Origin: Gammaproteobacteria bacterium
GTDB taxonomy: Bacteria > Pseudomonadota > Gammaproteobacteria > GCA-002705445 > GCA-002716945
DNA: 64,000 nt
Assembly (NCBI GenBank): GCA_029246085.1
Contig: JAQWOB010000003.1
Location: 7,608-71,607, forward strand
Reading direction: 5' to 3'
A program made the position numbers and the translations under genes. Below the pieces are notes generated by a model. It was not told the DNA's origin. It ran no database searches and was given only the letters and a program-made list of their open reading frames with translations. Positions within the stretch are counted from its first letter, which is position 1; each line of letters opens with the position of its first letter. Of this stretch, positions 18,742 to 28,783 are shown piece after piece.

Positions 18742-19992
18742 ATGACCACAGTATATAACGACGACATATTATTTTTTGACGGCATAAATGTACTAGACTT
18801 AGCCTTATCAAACCAAACACCCTTCTATTTATATTCTGAAAAGATGATCACTAATAATTTTTTAGCATATCAAAAAAGTTTTAAAGATAATCCTCATTTA
18901 ATATGTTATTCGGTTAAAGCAAATTCTAATCTATCTATATTATCTTTATTAGCGGAACTTGGGTCAGGGTTTGATATTGTATCGGGTGGGGAGTTATCAA
19001 GAGTAATTCAGGCAGGAGGAGATCCTAGAAAAACTGTATTTTCTGGTGTTGGTAAAACTGAAGAAGAAATTAGATTTGCATTATCTAAGAATATTATGTG
19101 TTTTAATATTGAGTCTAGAGATGAGCTCCGCACAATAAATGCCATAGCCCTAGAAAAAAAATTATGCGCAAATGTTTCTATCCGCATAAACCCTGCTATT
19201 GATGTAGACACGCATCCTTACATTACTACTGGAATGCAAGATAATAAGTTTGGCATAGAACAGACAGAAATTTTAGATATATATAAGGAAGCTCACGAGT
19301 TAAAAGGAATTAATATAGTGGGTATAGATTTTCATATAGGATCACAAATCATGGATATAGGTCCTTTTAAAGAATCTGTTTTAAAAGTTATTGCCATAAT
19401 CAAGGAGTTACAAAGAAATAATATAAAGTTAAGCCATATAGATATTGGTGGAGGCCTAGGCATACCTTATGATAATGAGAAAACCCTAGATAAGAGTATT
19501 TTTATTTCTGAAATAGTTGATTTGTTAAAACCTCTGGCAACTACAATATTAATTGAGCCAGGCCGCTCCATAGTTGGAGAAGCGGGCTTATTAATCTCAA
19601 AAGTAATTAATACAAAAAAATCTACATCCAAAAATTTTATTATAGTTGATGCAGGGATGACTGATCTTTTAAGACCACCCTTGTATAGCGCATATCATTC
19701 AATTAAAGAAGTTTTTCATAATGATGCTAATAAGATAGTATCTGATGTTGTGGGCCCTGTATGTGAAACTGCAGATTTTATTGGTAAAGACAGAAACCTC
19801 TCGGTATCAAAAGGTGACTACATAGTAGTTGAATCTGTTGGTGCATATGGCTTTTCTCTTTCTTCTAATTATAACACTAGAATGAAATCAGCAGAATATC
19901 TGATTACTAAAGATAGCCAGCATATAAGAAAAATTAGGGATAGAGACACTATTGAGCAGATACTTGAAAATGAGACAAAATATTTATTATAA
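18742..19992 (+). CDS. lysA: diaminopimelate decarboxylase
   Basis: YSVKANSN, DIVSGGEL, HIGSQ, DIGGGLG, EPGRS, GPVCETAD, SNYNTR. Confidence 0.98.
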   Translation: MTTVYNDDILFFDGINVLDLALSNQTPFYLYSEKMITNNFLAYQKSFKDNPHLICYSVKANSNLSILSLLAELGSGFDIVSGGELSRVIQAGGDPRKTVFSGVGKTEEEIRFALSKNIMCFNIESRDELRTINAIALEKKLCANVSIRINPAIDVDTHPYITTGMQDNKFGIEQTEILDIYKEAHELKGINIVGIDFHIGSQIMDIGPFKESVLKVIAIIKELQRNNIKLSHIDIGGGLGIPYDNEKTLDKSIFISEIVDLLKPLATTILIEPGRSIVGEAGLLISKVINTKKSTSKNFIIVDAGMTDLLRPPLYSAYHSIKEVFHNDANKIVSDVVGPVCETADFIGKDRNLSVSKGDYIVVESVGAYGFSLSSNYNTRMKSAEYLITKDSQHIRKIRDRDTIEQILENETKYLL

Positions 19993-20012
19993 ACATATGT
20001 TGAGAAGATAAA

Positions 20013-20906
20013 ATGCAAGTCCCTTTTACAAAAATGAATAGCCAGGGGAATGATTTTGTTGTGATTGACAATACTGGCTCGCTTTATCAGTTTGATAATA
20101 AAAAGATTCGTTCAATTTGTTCACGAGATATTATTGGTTGTGATCAGCTTTTATTGTTAAATATAAAAGACTCAAACAATGTTGCTTGTGAAATTTTCAA
20201 TCAAGATGGCTCGTCAGCACAACAATGCGGAAATGGGATGAGAGCAATCATGCTTTTCTTGAATAGAAAGTATAATTTTTTTGATTCTAAGATATTTGTG
20301 AATTTAGTGCCATATAATGTCAGCTTTATTAGTGAAAAAGAAATAAAGGTTAGTATGGGAAATGCCGTGTTTTTTGAAAATATTCCTAATCGTATATCTG
20401 AAAATATTTCAATTAGCGCAAAGGAATACTATTATGAAGTTTCAGTAAATAGTGAAATGCCATCTTGGTCCTTCTCATACTCTCACTTATCTATAGGAAA
20501 TGCTCACTGCATCGTCTTCTCTAAAAACTCTTTTGATAATAAAGAAAAAATTTCTGATATTCTTAATTCTCTATATGATAGCAATGTTAATATATCATTT
20601 ATTTTAAATACAGAAGAATTTGTGAAAGAACATGATAGCTCGATTATTTTGCGTGTAAATGAGCGCGGCGCAGGATGGACAAAATCTTGTGGTAGTGGAG
20701 CCACTGCGACAGGTGCATTTATTTCACGGTTTATGTTATTGCCAGAAAATGGGTCTAAAAAAATTAGTGAGTTAGATATAAGTCAAGAAGGAGGAGAGCT
20801 AAAGATACAAAATATTTTTATGACAGATGTAGATGGCAAGTATTCTCCTAGCCTCTATCTTTATGGCCCAAGTACATTTGAATATGATGGCGTATGGAAT
20901 GACTGA
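20013..20906 (+). CDS. dapF: diaminopimelate epimerase
   Basis: FTKM..GNDF, CGNG.R, GN.H, ERGAG.T..CGSGA; both catalytic Cys present. Confidence 0.92.
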   Translation: MQVPFTKMNSQGNDFVVIDNTGSLYQFDNKKIRSICSRDIIGCDQLLLLNIKDSNNVACEIFNQDGSSAQQCGNGMRAIMLFLNRKYNFFDSKIFVNLVPYNVSFISEKEIKVSMGNAVFFENIPNRISENISISAKEYYYEVSVNSEMPSWSFSYSHLSIGNAHCIVFSKNSFDNKEKISDILNSLYDSNVNISFILNTEEFVKEHDSSIILRVNERGAGWTKSCGSGATATGAFISRFMLLPENGSKKISELDISQEGGELKIQNIFMTDVDGKYSPSLYLYGPSTFEYDGVWND

Positions 20907-21801
20907 TATTGCTGATAAAATTCAAGATTTTCTTGTTTATTTAAAATACGAAAAACAATATAGTAGCGCAACCTTAAAGAACTATAATCTTGATTTAATA
21001 AAATTCAAAACATACCTTTTGGGCTTGGATATTTTTATGATATCTGAAATAACAAATGATCATATTCAAAATTATATAAATAAATTAAATCGTGCTGGAT
21101 TGATAGCCACATCTCTTTCCAGAAAAACTTCTTCTATTCGTTCATTTTTTAATTTCATGATTAAGAAAAGAATAATTAAAAGCAACCCATCAAAAAAACT
21201 AACTGTTCCTAAGAAGCTACAAAAACTCCCATACATCTTATCTGTTAAACAAGTTGATTTATTATGTGATATTCCTTTAACATCATTTGCCTCCATAAGA
21301 GACAAGGCAATGATTGAATTAATGTATGGTTCAGGCTTGAGACTTAGTGAAATAACATCTTTGGATACTCAATCAGTTAGCCTAAATGACAAAATGCTCT
21401 CAGTTATAGGGAAAGGTAACAAGCAGAGATATTTGCCTATAGGATCCAAGGCAATTATAGCATTATTAGCTTGGGTGAAAATACGTTCAAAGCATGCAAA
21501 GGCCCAAGAAAAAGCATTTTTCTTAAATAAGTTTGGTGGCAGGTTATCTAACAGGTCAGTTCAGATTAGACTTGATTACTGGTGTAAGTCCCTTGGCTTA
21601 AACTGTAAAATTAGCCCACATACATTAAGGCATTCCTGCGCAACTCATTTACTTGAGTCTTCAGGTGACCTGCGTGCAGTTCAAGAGTTTTTAGGTCATG
21701 AAGATATTAGTACAACCCAAATCTACACTAATGTTAATTTTGAATATTTAAAGAATATATATATTAAGGCACACCCAAGAGCTAAAGAGATTAAAGATTA
21801 G
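20899..21801 (+). CDS. xerC: tyrosine recombinase XerC
   Basis: GLRLSE, GKGNKQR, PHTLRHS.ATH, LGH.DISTTQIY; canonical position after dapF. Likely start is ATG 20899. Confidence 0.93.
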   Translation: MTDIADKIQDFLVYLKYEKQYSSATLKNYNLDLIKFKTYLLGLDIFMISEITNDHIQNYINKLNRAGLIATSLSRKTSSIRSFFNFMIKKRIIKSNPSKKLTVPKKLQKLPYILSVKQVDLLCDIPLTSFASIRDKAMIELMYGSGLRLSEITSLDTQSVSLNDKMLSVIGKGNKQRYLPIGSKAIIALLAWVKIRSKHAKAQEKAFFLNKFGGRLSNRSVQIRLDYWCKSLGLNCKISPHTLRHSCATHLLESSGDLRAVQEFLGHEDISTTQIYTNVNFEYLKNIYIKAHPRAKEIKD

Positions 21802-21854
21802 TTTCTAATATAATAGTCAGTGAAATAGTAACAATAAAAATATATACTTAGTTC

Positions 21855-22211
21855 ATGATTAAACCTTTAGAAATTAGATATATCAAAAAAACAAATACAG
21901 TAGCACTAAGTTTTGAAGACGGGATAAGTGCTGACCTAACCACAGAATACCTTAGATGCTTTTCGCCTTCAGCTGAAGTAAAAGGGCATGGTCCAGGACA
22001 AGAGGTGCTACAAAAAGGCAAAGAAAACGTTTATATAGACGCAATTGAACCAGTAGGAAATTATGCTATTAAAATTATATTTGATGATGGGCATAGTACA
22101 GGCCTTTTTTCATGGGAATATTTATATGATCTCTCAATAAACTACAAACCTTACTGGCATGATTATTTAGAAAAATTAGCTGAATCAGGATATGTTAGGA
22201 AGAAGCCATGA
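21855..22211 (+). CDS. DUF971 / gamma-butyrobetaine hydroxylase N-terminal-like protein
   Basis: EYLR.FSPSAEVKGHG, PVGNYAI.I.FDDGH.TGLFSW.YL. Confidence 0.9.
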   Translation: MIKPLEIRYIKKTNTVALSFEDGISADLTTEYLRCFSPSAEVKGHGPGQEVLQKGKENVYIDAIEPVGNYAIKIIFDDGHSTGLFSWEYLYDLSINYKPYWHDYLEKLAESGYVRKKP

Positions 22212-22600
22212 GCAAAATAAAATCTATAAGTACCATTAATGCTCCAGCAGCTTTAGGCCCATACAGTCAAGCTATAAGAGCTGGTGGATTTATTTATATT
22301 TCAGGTCAGATTCCACTTGTGCCAGAAACTATGGAGATAGTGTCTAGTGACTTTAATAAACAAGCAACGCAGGTTTTTAATAACTTAAAAGCAATTATTG
22401 AAGAATCTGGAGCTAGCATTTCCAGTACTGTTAAAATAAATGTATATCTGAAAGATTTATCAAATTTTCAGAAAGTAAACAGTATTATGGAAGAATTTTT
22501 TACAGAAAAACCATTTCCTGCTAGAGCAGCAGTTGAAGTTAGTAGACTGCCAAAAGATGTTGATATTGAGATGGATGCAGTTGTATTTGATGATGATTAG
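22208..22600 (+). CDS. ridA: RidA family reactive enamine deaminase
   Basis: APAALGPYSQA, SGQIP, FPARAAVEV..LPK. Confidence 0.93.
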   Translation: MSKIKSISTINAPAALGPYSQAIRAGGFIYISGQIPLVPETMEIVSSDFNKQATQVFNNLKAIIEESGASISSTVKINVYLKDLSNFQKVNSIMEEFFTEKPFPARAAVEVSRLPKDVDIEMDAVVFDDD

Positions 22601-22605
22601 TTTAA

Positions 22606-24681
22606 ATGGCTATTACAAAAAGATTAGATGATAGAGACTTAGAAGGATTGCCTGGTATTGGCCCTGCCACTAAAACACAACTGAATAAAATTGGTATTAA
22701 TAGAATCAGCGACCTGATTTTATTTCTTCCAACTTTTTTAATTGATAAAACTAAATTATCTGATATATCTTCTGTTTCTAATGGGGACAGTTGTCTCTTT
22801 ATAGGTAGAATTGTTAAAGTATTTCAAACAAGAAATTATAAACCAAATTTAATATTAACAATTGACATAGGTGGCGCAAATATTCAAATAAGATTTTTAC
22901 ATAAAGTTATTATTTATTCTGGTTTAAAAACTAATATGGAGGTACGTATTTCAGGAGTAGTACGAATTAAGGGAAAATTAGTTGAAATGATTCATCCCGA
23001 AGTTGAAATTATTAGTAATAAAAAGAAAATTGAAAATGTGGTGCCTTATTATAAAACTAAAAAAATGGTATCACAAAATAAAATTAGATCATTTATTAAA
23101 CATGCATATGATTATGTATGTAGTAAAAATAACTCAGATATTTTTTCTAACGAAATTTTAGAAAATCTTGAAATACCCTACTATATAGATGCGCTAAAAT
23201 ATTGCCATTTCCCGTCTTCTGATGACTATGATATATCAAATACTAATTTTGAACTAGGAAGACAAAGATTTGTTATAGAAGAACTTCTCGCTTATAAGTT
23301 ATTACTTTTAGATGCAAAAAAAATTTATGAATCAAATAAGTCCCATGATTTTAATATTTCTGAAGATGCCATTAATGACTTTATCGCATCTTTGCCCTTT
23401 GCTTTAACAGCATCACAAAAAAATGCAATATCTGATATCAAAAATAGTTTTTTAAAAAGTTATCCTACTAAAAGACTTATACAGGGTGATGTTGGGTCAG
23501 GAAAGACTATAATTGCAATAATAGCCTCATATTTTTCTAAACTGTCAAATCTTCAGACAGGAATTCTAGTGCCAACTGAAATTCTCGCAGACCAGCATAC
23601 AAATACTTTTAAAAAAATATTTTCAGGTTTTTCAGTAAAGATAGAGTGTCTAAAAAGTAATTTAACACCACGCGAAAAGTCTAGAATTATTGAATCTGTT
23701 CAGTCAGGTGATACTGATATATTAATTGGTACACACTCTATAATTCAAGATAATGTTCGTTTTCTTAATTTAGGGCTTATAATAGTTGATGAACAGCACA
23801 AGTTCGGAATCAATCAACGAACATTACTTACTCTAAAGAACAGTGAAAATCCATCAATCCCACATGAACTATATTTATCGGCTACACCTATTCCTAGATC
23901 ATTATCATTGGTTTTATATGAAGGGCTAGATTATACAATAATTAACGAATCCCCAAAGAATAGAAAAACTATTAAAACTCAGATGATTGATCATGATAAG
24001 CGTTCAATGCTTCATGATAATATTTCTAAAATATTACATGATAAAGAACAAGTCTATTGGGTTTGTTCTTGTATTGATTATACTGAGTCATCAGAAAGTG
24101 AATATGTTCAAGGAGTCTATGAAGATTTATCTAATAGATTTGCAACCACTTCAATTGGCATGCTTCATGGTAGAGTGGACTCAAAAGAGAACATTAAAAC
24201 TATGAAAAAATTTGTTAGTGGTGAAATTCAAATATTAGTTTGCACAACTATGATTGAAGTTGGTGTAGATGTCGCTAATGCAACATGTATAGTTATTGAA
24301 GACCCTAATAGATTTGGACTTTCACAACTACATCAGCTCAGAGGAAGAGTGGGAAGGAGTGACAAACAAAGTTATTGTTATCTTGTTTGTAAAAATAATT
24401 TAAGCGATCATGCGCTAGATAGGTTAAAAGCATTAGAATTAAACTCAAGTGGGTTTAAGATTGCAGAGGAAGATCTAAAGCTTAGAGGCTCAGGAGACTA
24501 CTTAGGGCATAAACAGTCAGGAGCTAACCATAATTTTAAATTAGCTACACCTGATGATGCGTTAAATAATTACGACCTCGTACGTGAATCCATGAACTGT
24601 GTCGATAAAATTGATGAGGAAAGCAAAAACAAATTAATTAAGCGATGGGGAAAAGATTCGGCAGAAACGATTCAGTTGTAG
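22606..24681 (+). CDS. recG: ATP-dependent DNA helicase RecG
   Basis: QGDVGSGKT, DEQHKFG, SATPIPRSL, QLHQLRGRVGR, EEDLKLRG.G...G..QSG. Confidence 0.96.
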   Translation: MAITKRLDDRDLEGLPGIGPATKTQLNKIGINRISDLILFLPTFLIDKTKLSDISSVSNGDSCLFIGRIVKVFQTRNYKPNLILTIDIGGANIQIRFLHKVIIYSGLKTNMEVRISGVVRIKGKLVEMIHPEVEIISNKKKIENVVPYYKTKKMVSQNKIRSFIKHAYDYVCSKNNSDIFSNEILENLEIPYYIDALKYCHFPSSDDYDISNTNFELGRQRFVIEELLAYKLLLLDAKKIYESNKSHDFNISEDAINDFIASLPFALTASQKNAISDIKNSFLKSYPTKRLIQGDVGSGKTIIAIIASYFSKLSNLQTGILVPTEILADQHTNTFKKIFSGFSVKIECLKSNLTPREKSRIIESVQSGDTDILIGTHSIIQDNVRFLNLGLIIVDEQHKFGINQRTLLTLKNSENPSIPHELYLSATPIPRSLSLVLYEGLDYTIINESPKNRKTIKTQMIDHDKRSMLHDNISKILHDKEQVYWVCSCIDYTESSESEYVQGVYEDLSNRFATTSIGMLHGRVDSKENIKTMKKFVSGEIQILVCTTMIEVGVDVANATCIVIEDPNRFGLSQLHQLRGRVGRSDKQSYCYLVCKNNLSDHALDRLKALELNSSGFKIAEEDLKLRGSGDYLGHKQSGANHNFKLATPDDALNNYDLVRESMNCVDKIDEESKNKLIKRWGKDSAETIQL

Positions 24682-24684
24682 ATT

Positions 24685-25215
24685 ATGACAAATCAATATT
24701 TATCTAAATGGAAAAATGAAAAAAAGTTAATTAGCTTAAGTCTTAAAACCAAACTAAGTATTATAGATCAAAATTCATTAACAAATAGATTAATGTATAA
24801 AGATAAACATGGATTTACGGTTAATGTTCTAAATCAAGAGTGTAGATATTTTAACCAATCAATGAAATGTAATTTGCCGAATAAAGTGAGAGGAATTGGA
24901 GTTTATAGAAAAGTTATTTTATCTACAAATTGCTATCCAAAAATTGAAGCTTACACATTTATGTTAATTAAACATGTTTCTGGGAAAGAGAGGTTTTTAA
25001 AAATTTTAGGCTCGAGATCTCTTGGCACATATATACTGAACCCTAAACGTTTTAAAAAAAAATCTATAGTATATAAAAGAGTAGGTAGGAGCATACATAG
25101 AATTTCAATATATAATTATCGATACAAAAATATTTATCTTAATGAAATATTTCCAGATACTATAGAATTTGAAAACATATCATATTTAAATGCTAGAGGA
25201 AAGTTCACTAAATGA
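24685..25215 (+). CDS. ubiC: chorismate pyruvate-lyase (divergent)
   Basis: SLTNRL, R.V.L, LG.RSLG, R.S.Y...L.E.F pattern; recG-ubiC synteny. Confidence 0.65.
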   Translation: MTNQYLSKWKNEKKLISLSLKTKLSIIDQNSLTNRLMYKDKHGFTVNVLNQECRYFNQSMKCNLPNKVRGIGVYRKVILSTNCYPKIEAYTFMLIKHVSGKERFLKILGSRSLGTYILNPKRFKKKSIVYKRVGRSIHRISIYNYRYKNIYLNEIFPDTIEFENISYLNARGKFTK

Positions 25216-25836
25216 TTTCACTATTAATGGAGATAATGGGCTAGTAAATTTTTTATTATCAGATATATATACAAAATTATTTAGCCCTGCATGATAAGCT
25301 GAATTAATATTGTCAAAAGTGTCTTCAACTAGAACTGAATATTTATAGTCTAGCTTTAATCTTAGTCTTAAAATATGCCAAAACTGTATATCTTCTTTGA
25401 CATAGCCTAACTCATGGGAACAAACCATCTCACTAAAATATTTTGAAATATCAAACTTTTTTAATTTAATATTTAAAGTAATGCGGTGCGCATTTGTAAT
25501 TAAAAATAATTCTTTCCCTTGAGATTTAAGCTTATCTAAAATATCTAGCGATCCATCTTTCAGACATATTCTGTCCATATTTGTTTCTTTTTCTTTTTCT
25601 TTCGCGATATCTATATCAAGAATATTAGACCAGTAAGTTATATCATACCAATCTTTAGTCTTTTTTTTATAATGAAAAAGAGAATGGGTAAAATTAATTG
25701 CATCAGAAAGAGCGATATTGTTTTTTTCGGCATAAACTTTTGGTATATATTCTTGCCAAAAAAAATTATCATATTTGGTGTCTAAAATTACCCCATCAAG
25801 GTCTATTAGAAAATACTTGTTATCTTTCAATTCCAT
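25186..25836 (-). CDS. yrfG: HAD-family GMP/IMP nucleotidase YrfG
   Basis: DLDG.ILD..YDNFFW, TNAH, HELGY.KE; divergent from nudE. Confidence 0.88.
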   Translation of the reverse strand: MELKDNKYFLIDLDGVILDTKYDNFFWQEYIPKVYAEKNNIALSDAINFTHSLFHYKKKTKDWYDITYWSNILDIDIAKEKEKETNMDRICLKDGSLDILDKLKSQGKELFLITNAHRITLNIKLKKFDISKYFSEMVCSHELGYVKEDIQFWHILRLRLKLDYKYSVLVEDTFDNINSAYHAGLNNFVYISDNKKFTSPLSPLIVKSFSELSSSI

Positions 25837-25884
25837 AATAATTACTGTATCATTGTTTGAGTAAATATAAGAACTTATCTTACA

Positions 25885-26424
25885 ATGCCTACCATAAAAA
25901 ATAAATCAACCATCATAACCACGAAACTATTTAAGCTTAATAAGCTGAATATTGAGTTTAGTAATAAAGCAACAAGAGATTATGAGGTAATATCTGGAAC
26001 AGGAAATGGGGCAGTTATGATTATCCCTATTTTAGGTGATGATATATTATTTATTAGAGAGTATGCAGCCGGGATAGATGATTATTCACTTACCTTCCCA
26101 AAGGGTAAAATTGATGATGGCGAGTCTATACTTGTTGCAGCAAATCGTGAGTTACAAGAAGAGGTAGGATATAAGTCTGAGAAAATTAAAAAAATTTATA
26201 CTTTAGATTTAGCGCCGGGCTACATGAATCATAAGACGCATATTGTTCTTGCTGAAAACCTAGTACCTTCTAAACTTGAGGGAGATGAACCTGAAGATCT
26301 TGAGGTTATAGAATGTAAGAAGAATGATATAAATAAACTATTATTTGAAAATAATAATATAGACTCGCGTGTACTTGCTTCACTATATGTATATAACCAG
26401 GTTATAAATGATAATAAACCATAA
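25885..26424 (+). CDS. nudE: ADP compounds hydrolase NudE
   Basis: REYAAG, FPKGKIDDGE...AANRELQEEVG Nudix box, APGYM, GDEPE. Confidence 0.93.
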   Translation: MPTIKNKSTIITTKLFKLNKLNIEFSNKATRDYEVISGTGNGAVMIIPILGDDILFIREYAAGIDDYSLTFPKGKIDDGESILVAANRELQEEVGYKSEKIKKIYTLDLAPGYMNHKTHIVLAENLVPSKLEGDEPEDLEVIECKKNDINKLLFENNNIDSRVLASLYVYNQVINDNKP

Positions 26425-27220
26425 AAAATTTTTAGAGTTATTACCGTCACTCCATGAGATTTGTAAGATAACTGGTGAACTTCAAGTTAAGCATCATAAG
26501 ACGAATATAATTTTTTCTACTAAAAGTAATAAAACGCCAGTTACTGAAGTAGATATACAGTCCAGTTTAATTATAACTAATGGCTTAAAAAGTTTGACGC
26601 CTGGAATACCTATAGTTTCTGAAGAAGATTATGATGATACCCTGGCATATGATTATTTTTGGTTAGTTGATCCACTAGATGGAACTAGAGACTATATTAA
26701 TAATGGTAATAATTTTTGTATTTGCATTTCACTTATATCTGATAATTTGCCTATTTTAGGTATTATATATTCTCCAATATCTAAAGATTTTTATTATTCA
26801 TTTAAGGATGGTGGCGCATTTGTTTTAAAAGAAAATTCAGAGCCTAAGAAAATTACTGCTCAAAAAATGTCTAATACTAATCCTAATAAAATTTTTACTA
26901 GTGCATCTATAAGAGAAAGAGTATTAGAAGTACTAGCTGGCTCTATTGTTAATTATGAGTTTATTAAACAATCAAGCGCTTTAAAATTTGGAAACATTGC
27001 TTCTGGAGAAGGATGTTTTTATCCCAGGCTTGGACCGACGCATGAGTGGGATACAGCAGCAGGTCAAATCTTGGTTGAAGAAGCTGGCGGTATTGTGGTT
27101 GATAAGTTTATGAAACCACTTCGATATAATAAAAATAAAATATTTATTAATAAAGAGTTTTTTGTAATTAGTGATCCAGATTATGATTGGGAATCTGTTA
27201 TTAATGAGATTTTTCAGTAA
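26408..27220 (+). CDS. cysQ: 3'(2'),5'-bisphosphate nucleotidase CysQ
   Basis: TPVT..D, SEE, WLVDPLDGT, PRLGPT.EWDTAAG. Confidence 0.92.
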   Translation: MIINHKKFLELLPSLHEICKITGELQVKHHKTNIIFSTKSNKTPVTEVDIQSSLIITNGLKSLTPGIPIVSEEDYDDTLAYDYFWLVDPLDGTRDYINNGNNFCICISLISDNLPILGIIYSPISKDFYYSFKDGGAFVLKENSEPKKITAQKMSNTNPNKIFTSASIRERVLEVLAGSIVNYEFIKQSSALKFGNIASGEGCFYPRLGPTHEWDTAAGQILVEEAGGIVVDKFMKPLRYNKNKIFINKEFFVISDPDYDWESVINEIFQ

Positions 27221-27379
27221 TTATTTTTGCAAGCTCAAAAGCTTTTTTATTAATTTTTCTGAGTAGCTGGTATTTCCCTAATTTCCCCTTATTCCATGTT
27301 GTTAGAGAGGATTCGTAGTTTTTTAGCAGTTTCTTGATAGGTTTTTCTTTCATTAGTTTCGATTACATTTTATGATATC

Positions 27380-28126
27380 ATGGATTACAAATTATTAACT
27401 ATGTTTAAATTATTATTCGAAAAAATATCGCCTAAGAAATTTTATTATTTTGCGACCTCTTTAATTCCATGGGCATTCCTATTCTCAGTAATATTTATAG
27501 GTTATGGATTATATTTAGGACTATTTAGGGCACCAACTGATTATCAACAAGGCGATGCGTTTAGAATCATCTACGTTCATGTGCCTAGTGCTTGGTTATC
27601 ATTATTTGCCTATACATCTGTATTTATATGTTCACTAATATCTATTATATGGAAGATAAAAGTGTTTGAAGTTTTATCTATTGCTTCTGCTAAAAATGGT
27701 GCCATGTTTACTTTTCTCGCTCTTGTAACAGGTTCTATTTGGGGTAAGCCAATGTGGGGAACATGGTGGGTTTGGGACGCGAGATTAACTTCAGAACTAA
27801 TATTGTTTTTTATATATTTGTCTATTATTTTTTTATACCATGCTTATGATGATTATAGAAAGGGTGCCAAGGCAGCCAATATTCTTGCTATTGTTGGTTT
27901 TATCAACATCCCTATTATTCATTTCTCTGTAGAATGGTGGAATACTTTGCATCAAGGACCATCTGTTATGAAGTTTAGTTCCCCCTCAATTGCTTCAGAA
28001 ATGTTATATCCATTAATTTATACCGCGGCAGGCTTCACATTTTATTTTATATTGGCTGTGCTTTTGTCTGCAAGAAACACATTATTAGAGAGAGAAAAAA
28101 ATACTAGTTGGGCCAAATCAATCTAG
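27380..28126 (+). CDS. ccmC: heme exporter protein C
   Basis: DYQQGDAFRIIYVHVP, WGKPMWGTWWVWDARLTSEL (WWD domain), WWNTLHQ; start may be 27401. Confidence 0.97.
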   Translation: MDYKLLTMFKLLFEKISPKKFYYFATSLIPWAFLFSVIFIGYGLYLGLFRAPTDYQQGDAFRIIYVHVPSAWLSLFAYTSVFICSLISIIWKIKVFEVLSIASAKNGAMFTFLALVTGSIWGKPMWGTWWVWDARLTSELILFFIYLSIIFLYHAYDDYRKGAKAANILAIVGFINIPIIHFSVEWWNTLHQGPSVMKFSSPSIASEMLYPLIYTAAGFTFYFILAVLLSARNTLLEREKNTSWAKSI

Positions 28127-28783
28127 ACTTATCTTTAGAGCCTTGCTACATGCCAATGGTGTAATCAATAAAAAAATAAAGAATAAAAATAGCATTAAAG
28201 TGAGCTCGACACTATAGTTCATTTTAAAAAAAGAATTGTTAACAGCGCTAGTACCAAATATTAGTATCGGTATATATAATGGTAAGACTATTATAGAAAC
28301 TAATATTTTATTCTTTCTAAGACTTATAGTTAATGCGGCAGCAATGGATCCTATCAAACTCATCGTAGGAGTTCCTATTAATAATGTTATAAACAAAGTT
28401 AACGTCGTCGTTGTATCAAGGCCAAGAACCATGGCTATCAAAGGAGCAACTATCACAATAGGTAAATTAGATAATAACCAATGAGATAAAATTTTTATTA
28501 ATATACCAAATTCAATTTCATCATCTTTTATTAAAAACATTTCCAAAGTTCCGTCATCATAATCTTCTTTAAATATTGTCTCTAAATTTAAAATACAAAT
28601 TAAAAGACAAGAGATCCAAATCATTAAGGGTAATAGTTCTAACATAATTACTTTTTCTACATAGCTAGTAGATATATTAAAAAAAATAATTATGATAAGA
28701 AAATATACTATAGGCATGAATATTTCATATCCAGATCTTGAGGCTAGCAAAAACTCTTTAGTTATGATATTTAATATTTTCAT
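28118..28783 (-). CDS. ccmB: heme exporter protein B
   Basis: F.EDYDDGTLE, K...HW, LLIGTP, LPLYIPILIFG; hydrophobic. Confidence 0.93.
   Translation of the reverse strand: MKILNIITKEFLLASRSGYEIFMPIVYFLIIIIFFNISTSYVEKVIMLELLPLMIWISCLLICILNLETIFKEDYDDGTLEMFLIKDDEIEFGILIKILSHWLLSNLPIVIVAPLIAMVLGLDTTTTLTLFITLLIGTPTMSLIGSIAAALTISLRKNKILVSIIVLPLYIPILIFGTSAVNNSFFKMNYSVELTLMLFLFFIFLLITPLACSKALKISLD

Noticed and set aside
20899-21801. Tyrosine recombinase as a possible phage/island integrase
   Set aside because: It sits in the canonical lptM-lysA-dapF-xerC cluster, with no att sites or cargo.
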